Below the pieces are notes generated by a model, which did not search any database, had not been told where the DNA came from, and worked only from the letters and a program-made list of their open reading frames with translations. Shown piece by piece: positions 26,078 to 36,939 of a DNA stretch of 64,000 nucleotides; position 1 is the stretch's first letter; the number at the start of each line of letters is the position of its first letter. A program made the position numbers and the translations under genes. This DNA comes from Lingula anatina (Eukaryota; Animalia; Brachiopoda), in assembly GCA_051362555.1 (NCBI GenBank), contig CM120642.1, positions 1 to 64,000 on the forward strand, in the 5' to 3' direction.

Positions 26078-28568
26078 AAACAAGAAATAAATACAGCAGT
26101 TATTTTGCCCCGACCGGTTTCATTGCATCTTCAGGGGGTTTGTTTATTTTGGTTGCTAAGAGATGTCATAAAGACTCAATGTGATGTCTCTGACAATTTG
26201 CGATTTACGATGGATTCAAATTCAACACAACTCCCATTCCTTGATGTTATGGTAATGAGTGAAAAAGGAAAAATTGAGGCAGATGTGTATTACAAAACAA
26301 CTGACAAAACAATCTCTCCCTTCACATGCCAGACACATTAAGCACAACATACCATACAATCTAGCCCGAATACTATGCACAATTGTCTCAAATGAAACCA
26401 TATTAAAACAAAGTGCGGCACCTGTCCACTAATTAAAGAGGGGAGCCATCTAACATTTAAAAATGGACTTACATTTACAATTAAACACCCATTTACCTGC
26501 ACTAGCTCAAATTTAATTTATGCATTGACCTGCAGTGGATGCGGTGAGAACCATATAGGACAAACTGGAGCACATAGAATGACCGTTCACAGACAACAAA
26601 TACGACAACCTAAATATCAGTGCAAGTCTGTGAGTGGGCACATTAGGGAACGCTATATGAACAAAAACAAGAACTTTTCAGTATTCCCATTTTATAAATT
26701 CACTCGAGAAACAACCCAAACAGAAAGGGAAAATAAAGAAAATTTCTTTATTTATAACTTTAAACCTACAGTAAACAGGTAATGGCTGATCTATATATAT
26801 ACTCGTACAGGAAAAACACTTTTACTTTCAATATATATATATATATATTGAGGTTCTGGATGTGGTGTGGGTGTGTGTGTGCGTGAGTGTGTGTACACTC
26901 ACAATGTTGGCCAAAAGGTTATCTCACCTTAGTCCTATTTGCTTTTGTTTACAAATGATCACATGGCAGCTGTGAGCCGTATTTAAAACCAGTTTTTAGT
27001 CCTCATACAATATTTAACATGACTCCTGATTAAGGAAAGCCAAAATACTGGCAAAGATTTCTATAAAAGTAATAAAATAACCATAAAATGCAAAAGACGT
27101 TTCCAAACGTAATCAAATGTACACACAATTAACTTAAAAATATGTTTTTGAAAAGTAACATACTATTTAAAAATAACTGTAACTGTCTCCTGTAGGTGAC
27201 TCAGTATGCCTCCAACAAGTGCCAGGGCCTGTTTTGTGGGATATTGTCCCAAATTGACCAAAAACGACCGGATTGTTTCAGATTTTAAGGGGGGTCGTTG
27301 ATCTCTGCATCCCGCACTCCTGATCACTCCTACGGGTCTCAGTAGGTTTAGTATGTGAGCTCAAAGATGGTTGTTCAAAACACTGTGTTTCTGCAACAAA
27401 TCCATCCACACACGAGAAGTGTGAGCCAGTGCATTGCCATGATGAAGCCTGAAGTCGGAAGTCACCTCTTGCAAATGGAGTGACGTCTTCAAATTCTTCT
27501 TTTTTTGTATTTTTTTACTTCTTTGGAAATCACTGTAGAATATTCATACTTCAAGGGTGCATGTTCTTAATTTGAATAAATGCTGTGAAATATGGATATC
27601 TTCTCCGATATTAGGGCTTTTGTTTATTCCAAGTCATGTTAAATATGGTATATGAAAATAAAAAAAGACTATTTAAAACAGTTAACTGCTGCCGTATGAT
27701 AATTTGTTTAAACAAAAGAAAAAAACCTAAGGACTAAAGGTGGGACAACCATTTTGACCAATAGTGTATATACGGCTTACAATGTAGACAATTTTGACAA
27801 GATTTCATTAACATGAAAATCCGTTCAATCTTTTTTAGCTTTTATCCCCTAGTTCAATATTAAATACTTCGATGTCTAATTCCACTAAGTTTTTTAACTC
27901 ACGCCATCTTTGAGCTGATGACCACATTGAGCCGCCTGGGATGTGACTTGACGGCTGCAGTACCGGCCTCCCACGTCAACCGACCACGGATGTTTACACA
28001 CTTCTTGCTGGGGTCTGTGGTAAATGACGTGAGCGTCTGGTAGTACTCCAGGTCTTTGCTGACATTAGTGACACAGTCATGAGTGAATGAATAAAAGAAT
28101 GAAATAAATCATCGTTTCAGCCTCACTGTACCAAATCTTATACAATGACCCACGTAAATATTTATGTCAAAAAGCCCACCAGGAAATATGATTAAAAGGT
28201 GATTTCCCAAGGAACGCATTTTTTCTTTCAAGAGGCAACAATATATTTGGCATAAACAATAAAAAACCTCCTCTCGAGGATAAAATTGATATCTTAAGAC
28301 TATATCACCAGTTTGTGTTTTATTCCTGAAATTAGAGTTTAAATTTATTTGATTGCTCGATTCAGTCAACACACATGGCTTGTAGCTTTATTTAATGTGG
28401 GCCTATGGTGAATTCAACTAGAGGCATGCTATAATATGTTTGTCATATGTACCTTAGTTTTGGCCATGGCAAGGTTCCCTTGTTCCCTATACCGCCGTCA
28501 CGGTCTGATAGCGCCACGATTGCATTAAATTTGCCTGTGGGCGGCTGAAGCTTGGCCGGATCATAGAC
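24359..28568 (-). CDS. DHFR: Dihydrofolate reductase-like gene, five core exons: 28453-28568, 27903-28058, 25795-25912, 24836-24948, 24359-24446
   Basis: All introns are GT-AG with consistent phases and no stops. Spliced protein: VYDPAKLQPPTGKFNAIVALSDRDGGIGNKGTLPWPKLSKDLEYYQTLTSFTTDPSKKCVNIRGRLTWEAGTAAVKSHPRRLNVVISSKMAKRPEHVHHIAKSFEEALSWSLAAEDAENVWVLGGSNVYKTAMSSPLCHRVYVTRVFGEFESDVFFPEIDPEKFQHVRDEALVDTPFEENGTRYQFEIYERKPVVQ*. DHFR motifs present: GIG..G.LPW, GR.TW, R.N.V.S, GG..VY, FESD.FFPEID, EENG..Y.FE.YE. Confidence 0.93.
24836..24948 (-). CDS. DHFR: DHFR-like exon
   Basis: Boundaries ttttcag|ACA and GAG|gtaag; encodes TAMSSPLCHRVYVTRVFGEFESDVFFPEIDPEKFQHV. Confidence 0.93.
25300..25830. 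repeat. 49-bp minisatellite (~10 copies) derived from a DHFR exon end plus its splice donor
   Basis: Unit ttaccttgtagacgtgactgtcacccatcattcacacatgaccagtact. Its reverse complement matches the exon 3' end ...ACGTCTACAAG|gtaaagtac. Confidence 0.95.
25795..25912 (-). CDS. DHFR: DHFR-like exon
   Basis: Boundaries tatttccag|A and AAG|gtaaag; encodes KRPEHVHHIAKSFEEALSWSLAAEDAENVWVLGGSNVYK. Confidence 0.92.
26075..26830 (+). mobile_element. Penelope-like retroelement remnant (RT thumb plus GIY-YIG endonuclease) between (TA)n tracts in a DHFR intron
   Basis: Translates to LRFTMDSNSTQLPFLDVMV...DVYYKTTD and YALTCSGCGENHIGQT...RMTVHRQQI...ERENKENFFIYNFKPTVN. Frameshifted and internally deleted. Confidence 0.85.
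26108..26138 (-). ncRNA. Minimal hammerhead-ribozyme-like motif of an inverted Penelope pseudo-LTR
   Basis: The minus strand reads CCCC-CUGAAGA-UGCAAU-GAA-ACCGGU-C-GGGG: core boxes CUGANGA and GAAA, a palindromic stem III and a C4/G4 stem I. Stem II is degenerate. Confidence 0.55.
26896..27766 (-). mobile_element. Non-autonomous Tc1/mariner derivative
   Basis: Imperfect TIRs cac..tgttggccaaaaggttatctcacct / aggtgggacaaccattttgaccaatagtg, flanked by TA. The interior resembles decayed transposase sequence. Confidence 0.65.
27903..28058 (-). CDS. DHFR: DHFR-like exon
   Basis: Boundaries atgtcag|C and GC|gtgagt; encodes KDLEYYQTLT...CVNIRGRLTW...RRLNVVISSKM. Confidence 0.9.
28453..28568 (-). 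CDS. DHFR: DHFR-like exon containing the start of the domain; no in-frame ATG
   Basis: Boundaries tttttcag|GTC and AAG|gtacat; encodes VYDPAKLQPPTGKFNAIVALSDRDGGIGNKGTLPWPKL. Confidence 0.92.
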
Positions 28569-29077
28569 CTGAAAAATACCAAAAATACCCGACAGTGGAG
28601 ACCATCGTTACTCAATAAAATGTGTTAAGGTTCAACATCCCTCTTCCGAACTAATTTTCGTGTTTTCTGTTCACACTGAGAAAGTACAACCGGAGTATTG
28701 ATAAGATAGATACTCGACCTGAACATTATTCATCCTCTCCATTATGCCATGAGATGATGTGGAGGCAGAGTAGCCACACTGTATGCCGTGACCCACGAGA
28801 TGACGACCCTGCATTACTCTGTAGATAATGGTTCCTTTATTAGTTAATTGTCTGCTGCTTTGCTACTTCACTCTGCGTGCAGGGCAATCTAGATACGAAT
28901 TAATGAGTAAAATTGACACCCAAGTTATGTCAGGAAGATGACCTCATTTACGAGCACGTACTACGTTAGTATGTGTAAAAGGAAAGATGTTATCCACAAC
29001 TAGTATAGACGAGACATTCCAGTACCAGTGAACCTCTATGCTCTGTATTTTATGTTGATAAAAAAGGTATTACTTAC

Positions 29078-29094
29078 AGGACATGCACTGTCAG
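29078..29094 (-). CDS. Candidate 17-nt microexon of the DHFR-like gene
   Basis: Sequence ctctccacatag|CTGACAGTGCATGTCCT|gtaagt has a perfect donor and converts phase 1 to phase 0, encoding (A)DSACP. Confidence 0.55.
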
Positions 29095-29127
29095 CTATGT
29101 GGAGAGTGTATCAAGGGGAGAGGATGC

Positions 29128-29237
29128 AACATTATAAACCTAAACCCAATATACAGGTGCATTTCTCATGCTGAAGTGTCCAACATTATAAACCCAAACC
29201 CAATATACAGGTGCATTTCTCATGCTGAAGTGTCCAA
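29128..29237. repeat. ~54-bp tandem duplication
   Basis: aacattataaacc(t/c)aaacccaatatacaggtgcatttctcatgctgaagtgtcc occurs twice. Confidence 0.9.
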
Positions 29238-30184
29238 AAATAAAATTGATTGAATTCAGAGTTGTCTTTAATTTTTAAAACATTTATGTGTATAGAACAA
29301 AAATCCACGACTGTCTCAATTTAAATTCATATTTTAATTTTTACCATGTCTTAACATTACGCAGAGTCCTAAATGGTAACGTATGTTGCGGAAACGTATG
29401 GTAACGTATGTTCCAGGTCATTTAATTTTAATTTTTATACCGTGTTCCGATATTATGTTTTGTAGTGATTCAGTCATGGTAAAATATACATGACGTACAG
29501 GTAAGGATGTTTTAATAAATATCTTAACTGTAACTGAAGGGGCTTTGTGTCATGGCTAAAACAAGGTAACATATGTTCCTTACAATAATTGTCAAAAAGC
29601 TTCATTTTGTTCAAGTACTTGGTGCAATAGAAAACTATATTTATATATATTGGGGTTCCATGATAGTTTGACATTTCTGATATAATATTTGGATCACAAG
29701 GGGCGAAATAATGTATTTAATGCTTTTTTACTGTCGGTACGGTGTTTTTTTCCCTTTTTTTAAATATTCAGTAACGAGCAGACTAAAAAAATTAACTGCT
29801 CTGTACAGATGATTATCATGATTTTTTACAACGTTATATTTGTAGGAGGTAAACCAAAGCACTAAAACCAGTGATGCTTGAAGTTTCATCGTGAGCAAAA
29901 CGTACGTTTCACGTTTTGCATTTGTGACTGACATATGTTCCTTTTTGGGGTTAGAAGATTATTTTTTATTATTCATGGCTCCGAAGAGTGAAACTGATAC
30001 AAATTTCTTCATGTGGGACCCTAAAATAATCAAACATAGTTTGCTATCAGTGCACTAAATATTTTAAGAGCATGCCTAGCTGTGACTTCAATTGCACTTC
30101 TATATTGTGTTTAGGTGTATAGCGGTGTATTATAAGCACCTCATTAACGCACGGTATTGTACATCAGGGCTTAAATTGAAAGCT

Positions 30185-31107
30185 TCTCACATCGCAACCG
30201 CACGCAAGCATGGCGATTCGTCGCTATATCGTAACTCGAGAGCATCGCAATTTGCAACCGAGCGCTAATAGCGGTATCACCTCTACTTTCGAGGCTATTA
30301 TTTGCGACGAGTAAATCCCGTCGCAATAGCCATTGCGTATGCATAATTCGTCATTTTAATGTGTCTTTCATTTAATAAAACACGCCGGCAAGTTTGGGTT
30401 GCTAGTCATAATAGCATATAACAAAGCATGAAAGCTTATAATAGATTGAATCACTCGGTACGTCTGATAGAAAATTTTCAAGGGTAGAATGCTGAAGTCA
30501 TGCATGTTTTATTATGCATAAAAAATGTCAAAATTATACATTACATATATAATTTTATTTTTCTGATGAATATTCATCTGAGTAGTCTATTGTGCACAAA
30601 ATGAAAAAGCAGACACAAAGCATTCGGTCACACCGTGACCCTCCTAACTTGAGCAGGGCCGTAGCCTCCGGGGGGGCAGCTGCCCCCTCCCCCTGAGATT
30701 TGAGGTGCAAAAAAATAATCGCAAAGGTAAAACAAATTATTACAATGCACCAGAATGCAGTATGTTTCAGTAATTGTATCAGTCCGAACACGTGCGCTTC
30801 GCTTATTGAATTGTTTTTGACATTTTATTGGTGTCAAACATTTCAAATACCAATATTTGTAACGGTAATATTTCTGTAAATTAAAAAAAATAGCATCATA
30901 CTGAAATGAAATCACATCTGAGATCATGTGTAACTGTGTTATGCCGTCCTCACGGCAATGGGATTCTAGTAGCGTTCGAGGCTATAATTGCGTTGAGCTT
31001 GCTGAGGCTTCGAGTTAACAGGTGGGTGCAATCGCCCTCGCAAATAGTGACGAATCGCTATGCGTGAGCTCGGTCACAATTCGCGATGTTTTCGAGTTAC
31101 GGGGCCC
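30185..31107. mobile_element. Decayed MITE-like inverted-repeat element with an internal insertion; related arms at 31795-31900
   Basis: cgtaactcgagagcatcgcaatttgcaaccgagc (~30231) is inverted relative to gctcggtcacaattcgcgatgttttcgagttacg (~31068-31101). Confidence 0.55.
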
Positions 31108-31569
31108 AGGTAGACTACCTTCCGTTTGACAAAGAGAGACACGGGCTCCTCACCCTGAGCTTCAGAGATAACTTGACACTAACCTCTTCACTATAGCCTA
31201 TCTTCATCGTGTCAAGTTACCTCTGACGAAATAGTTTGACCTAGTTTATATAAGCCAATCGAATCCATGTTTCAAAATTTTTCACCAAAGTTTGGTGAAA
31301 ACGCTGATTGGTTGAAAGTCCAGAATTATGTTCAATGAGAAAATTGTATTTCGTTGCGTCCGCGTAACCGTCAATCGGCAATCCTCGGCTGATTCCGCAA
31401 GCTCCATACTAACAACAAGAGTTATTGTCGAGTGCGGAGACATCCGAGTAGTTCTGAGTGCATAACCGTACACAAAGAAAGCATGGCGTCTCCTACGAGT
31501 GACTACGTAAAAGAATGTGTTAAAGTTATCTCTTTGCAAAATATGAGTATATCGGAATTGAAACCAGAG

Positions 31570-31642
<73 letters not shown>

Positions 31643-32790
31643 GTTGCATTTGAACGGTTTTATGAGTCTTCCTGGTCAATCGAGCAATTTTACCTGGGAG
31701 CTCCCTGAATTTTTTGTTATCAACTAGTAAGGTCAGGTCAATTTTTGAAGTAACATTGATTTCAGCCAAATGGATATTATCTGATAGAGCAATTCACTAG
31801 GGACGAATCGCAATGCTCGCGCTCGGTTGCAATATGCGATGTTTTCGAGTTATGGTTATATTCAAAACTTGAGAGCATCGAAATTGCAGCCGAGCGCAAG
31901 CCCGTGTTATTATGGGCTGACACAATTACTGCTACACTGGCGAGCAGTGTTCAGTCTCATATAATACACTGAGTAAGGGCACTGTGTGACCGAATCTTGT
32001 GTTTCATTATGTGTAGGTCTCCCCGAATCCACACGCGCCTTCGCTTCAGGGACCAAGCAATTAAACCTCAGAGCAGAAATTTAATCCGTTTAAAGGTGCG
32101 TATGGAGTCGGGAGACCATCTGGAATCAGCGGCATCGTTTATATGAACTGCGGTCGGCCATATTTAAATGGCGGATCAGTAAGTACTCGGATCCTCCATT
32201 CTGAATGGGGCCTATCAGAAGTTTGAAGAGTCATCTTACAGGTTGATAACGGCAGCTCAGTTTGACAGGTTAACACGCTGGCCATCTACTCCTGTGGCTT
32301 GTATGTCGTTGTTTTCTGAAGGATATTTGCTCTGTTCAAGCCGTTTTGATATCCTTTAAGAAATGTACTTTTAACACAAACATTTCTCTTTCCCATGGCT
32401 TAATTGCCTTCTTCACTTCTCAATTGATATAAGACTCATGGCCTGTTACCGCACACACAATCGGCTTAGAACTCATTAACTTTGCGCCGCCCCCTCATGG
32501 GGAAAGGCCCTTACCAACGGATGCATGGCTTAGTCATCAGGATGTGCCGGTTGAAAACCTCATCAAAAGTCAAATTTTTTTGTCTATACTCAAAAAAATT
32601 ATTTCATCTAATGTTAGATACGTTTTTAATTAATATACACAAAAAACCTAAACAAAAACATGATTTTAAAGTCATTTTACCCTATCACACGCCTTAAACT
32701 ACGTCCGTTTCACATTCTCCATCAGTTCTACTAGCATTAATCGTACGCAGACTGGCTCCCGTGAAACTTATGTGCTAAATCCGATACTAA

Positions 32791-32965
32791 GGCCGCATTC
32801 AGAACAGTGGACTAACGAGTCCGCGGGTCAAATATGGCGACCCACTAAAAAGCTTGCCGTCTAATCCGCTAATAGACTCTGAATAGATTCCCTGATGGGA
32901 ATTATTTAAGTGGGTCGGTCATATTTGACCCTCGGACTAGTTAGTCCACTGTCCTGAATGCGGCG
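32791..32965. mobile_element. PIF/Harbinger-like MITE
   Basis: TIRs ggccgcattcagaacagtggactaac / gttagtccactgtcctgaatgcggcg, with TAA on both flanks. Confidence 0.8.
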
Positions 32966-32984
32966 TAAGTCTTCCTTGTCTTAC

Positions 32985-33123
32985 CATTGAAATAAAAATT
33001 ACTTTTGGAGTTAATTTTAATGAGTTGAGTGTTGACAAACAGATTAAACCGTAGTGTCGCTGCCTTTGGAGACTTTGTGGTCCTGACATTTGCTTGAAGA
33101 GTTTTCCTAATAGCAGTGTTCAT
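32985..33123 (-). CDS. Candidate first coding exon of the DHFR-like gene (basic leader peptide)
   Basis: ATG at 33123; encodes MNTAIRKTLQANVRTTKSPKAATLRFNLFVNTQLIKINSKSNFYFN. The phase-1 donor G|gtaaga fits the microexon. Inferred only. Confidence 0.45.
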
Positions 33124-33439
33124 TGTCAGATCGCAGTCCTACATTCTAACACGTTGTGCAGCATCCCTGTTGTTTATTTAATTTTAACGTTTATTTGTTA
33201 TTGCTTCTTCAGGGCCCTTTAGCTTAAAATGCAGTATTTTAGTTATCAGACTTTTAAACTAAAATTCCAGTTACTGCCACAGCAATGCCGTGTCGTTTAT
33301 TGAGCATCTTTAATCTTTCAGTAATACCCGGTGGTAGAGGGAACAGGGGCTATTAAGGTCTCAATATTGAGGTAGAAGAGTAAGGTATTGTGATAAATTA
33401 CCATTTGTTACCCAGTTCATAATTATTTTAATAATTAAA

Positions 33440-34562
33440 ATGAGTTCTGGGTATCAGTGATATGAAGTTCTGGGTATCAGTCATATGGAGTTCTGGGTAA
33501 CAGCAACGTGGAGTTCTGGGTATCAGCTACGTGGAGTTCTGGATAACAGTTATATGGAGTTCTGGGTAACAGCAACGTGGAGTTCTGCGTAACAGCAACG
33601 TGGAGTTCTGCGTAACAGCTACATGTACGTGGAGTTCTGGATAACAGTTATATTGAGTTCTGGGTAACAGCAACGTGGAGTTCTGCGTAACAGCAACGTG
33701 GAGTTCTGCGTAACAGCAACGTGGAGTTCTGGGTATCAGCTACGTGGAGTTCTGGATAACAGTTATATGGAGTTCTGGGTAACAGCAACGTGGAGTTCCG
33801 CGTAACAGCAACGTGGAGTTCTGGGTATCAGCTACGTGGAGTTCTGGATAACAGTTATATGGAGTTCTGGGTTACAGCAACGTGGAGTTCTGGGTATCAG
33901 CTACGTGGAGTTCTGGATAACAGTTATATGGAGTTCTGGGTATCAGCTACGTGGAGTTCTGGGTAACAGCAACGTGGAGTTCTGCGTATCAGCAACGCGG
34001 AGTTCTGGGTATCAGCTACGTGGAGTCCTGGATAACAGTTATATGGAGTTCTGGGTAACAGCAACGTGGAGTTCTGGGTATCAGCTACGTGGAGTTCTGG
34101 ATAACAGTTATATGGAGTTCTGGGTATCAGCTACGTGGAGTTCTGCGTAACAGCAAGGTGGAGTTCTGCGTAACAGCAACGTGGAGTTCTGGGTATCAGC
34201 TACGTGGAGTTCTGGATAACAGCTACGTGGAGTTCTGGATAACAGTTATGTGGAGTTCTGGGTAACAGCAATGTGGAGTTCTGGGCATCAGCAACATTGG
34301 GTTCTGGGTATCGACAACGTGGGGTTCTGGGTATCGACAACGTGGGGTTCTGGGTATCGACAACGTGGGGTTCTGAGTAACAGCAACATTGGGTTCTGGG
34401 TATCGACAACGTGGGGTTCTGGGTAACAGCAACATTGGGTTCTGGGTATCGACAACTTGGGGTTCTGGGTATCGACAACGTGGGGTTCTGGGTAACAGCA
34501 ACATTGGGTTCTGGGTATCAGCGATGTGGAGTTCTGGATAACAGTTATATGGAGTTCTGGGT
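33440..34562. repeat. 23-bp minisatellite, ~48 copies, with variant domains
   Basis: Unit cgtggagttctgggtaacagcaa, with frequent 3-unit periodicity. A distinct cgtggggttctgggtatcgacaa block lies at ~34290-34500. Confidence 0.96.
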
Positions 34563-34574
34563 AATAGTAATATG

Positions 34575-34577
<3 letters not shown>

Positions 34578-34634
<57 letters not shown>

Positions 34635-34658
34635 GGGTAAAAGTGTTTTCCTGTACGA

Positions 34659-34732
<74 letters not shown>
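34578..34732. repeat. (TA)n/(TG)n microsatellites enclosing a 30-bp piece of the Penelope-like 3' end
   Basis: 34631-34660 is the near-exact reverse complement of actcgtacaggaaaaacacttttac at ~26801-26825. Confidence 0.85.
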
Positions 34733-34733
<1 letters not shown>

Positions 34734-36000
34734 ACAAAAAGAAATAAAAAAACAGCAGTTATTTTACTTAATAAACAGGCCCCTCCCTCCCCCCCCCCCC
34801 CCCGGGATTTGAGGTGCAAAAAAAAATAATCGCAAAGGTAAAAAAAAAAAATTATTGCAAAGTTGGTATCAATTCTATGAGAAAATGCACTCATGGCCAC
34901 TAGAAAATCATTCAACAATCTGTTTACAAGATGTACTGTTTTTAGCCAACTCAGTTCATGCCAAAAAGCTCACCCTCCCTTAGGGAGCTATCCCCCAGGC
35001 TGTTATCAGGTTATTGTTTACACAATTTCTGACTTCTGACTTCTGATTGAGCAATAAATAACAGTTAAAATGCACCACAATGCAGTATTATACATACAGT
35101 TTTTAAAAATTTTCCACACCGCCCCATCGTGTCTGCTTTCTGCACCACCCCCCTAGCATTTTGCTCAAGCTTCGGCCCTGATAACTGCTGTTTTTTATTT
35201 CTTTTTGTCACACACACACGCACACACACACATAAATATATTTTTTGAAAATGCATTCTTTAAAAGTATGTGTGGCTAGAAATCCATCAAAAACATGACT
35301 GCTACATGGTGAAAATTGTTTATGATGACAGGAAATAAATTTAGCTTTGGTCTGTCATGATCCAAAATTTCTGGACAAGCATTTGCATTATTAATTTATG
35401 ATAAAAACCAAATTCCTAGTAAACAGCAATTTGATGAAAACCAAACCCCTAAATATGATGGCTTCTTACACAAGATTCAATTATTTTGTGTTATCGAATT
35501 TGAAGATTAATAAGCCAAATTGATATAATGTTCTAACTACTGATTCAAAAATAGGTAGTTTGTAAAGTACTATAGAGTAATATATATTCTTATTTTAACT
35601 TGCATGATTGCATCTCAACCTAAAGATCCAAAAGTGATTATCTATCTACAAAGTGCACACATACAAACATCTTTTACACACTTGAGTAAACCTAGCACAT
35701 GTACAGTAGTCCAGATGAAAATAACATTACTGATAAAAGTACCAACGACCATGACAGAAAAACAGAGAAAAGGTTGATTTCATCTCTATCCATGTTCTTA
35801 CATCTTTATGAGAAATGTACCTGTATATGATATTTTTTTAAAACAATGTAATGTAGTTACAAAAATTGCTGAATTTAATAAAATGTAATCTTCTTCAGCT
35901 ATAAAAAATAAAACCAATATAAACTAGTAAAATACAGAGACTGTAAAAAAAGTGGAGATATACAATGCCAATGATTACTTCAATCCACATTGTATTCTTA

Positions 36001-36235
36001 AGTCCATAAAGTGTGTTAGTGTCCAAACAGAGCACAAACATCTTTACCAGTCCATAAGGTGTGTTAGTGTCCAAACAGAGCACAAACACCTTTACCAGTC
36101 CATAAAGTGTGTTAGTGTCCAAACAGAGCACAAACATCTTTACCAGTCCATAAGGTGTGTTAGTGTCCAAACAGAGCACTAACATCTTTACCAGTCCATA
36201 AGGTGTGTTCGTGTCAAAACAGAGCACAAACATCT
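36001..36235. repeat. 48-bp minisatellite, ~5 copies
   Basis: Unit agtccataaggtgtgttagtgtccaaacagagcacaaacatctttacc. Confidence 0.95.
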
Positions 36236-36939
36236 CCAAGATATCAGAACGGTCAAGTAGTCACTAGATGTCACTTGCAGACTTCTTACTGAACTCTACT
36301 GTGTAAAACTGCATATTAAGTTTGGCTATTGTAACTGGTTAAGTTTCAGTCTGAACTAAAACAATAATCATGATTATTGTTTTTCATAGTTTATCTTCTT
36401 ATTTTTAATATTGCACTGTGGCTGGAGTTAGTGTCACAATATTATGGACTACAAGATTCAGTTCTCACATGATAAGTCCCAGCTACACAGTGCCCTGATT
36501 AGTATACCAGTACATTATTTTCCTTATCTGACCATAGATATATCTTCTAGAAACAAGTACAAAAAGCTGTAAATATCAATTTCAATATCATTTACAACAA
36601 TAGCACAATAACAAAATATATACTATTTCCATCATAAACTTTTTCTGACATCTCTCTTATTACCACACGGGCTGTATTTATACACAATATCCTCGCATAC
36701 AATCCATGAGGTAATATACACCAGTGACTAAATAAGGACTATAAGTATATATATATATCACAAGTCTAGCAAACCTTGTATTACATCTTTATGAAGTATT
36801 TAAGTCCATGTTATAATAGGAATGGTCCACAATTCAACAGAGATGTACCGTAGATTACGACTGAACCACAGACACAGACATCAGTTCAGATGCACCGTAT
36901 TCACAAACATCTGGAGGTTCTGAGATTTCCCTGTCATAT

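Noticed and set aside
33836-34918. Several overlapping ORFs in the ORF track
   Set aside because: They are artefacts of the 23-bp array and (TA)n runs; the unit length is not a multiple of 3.
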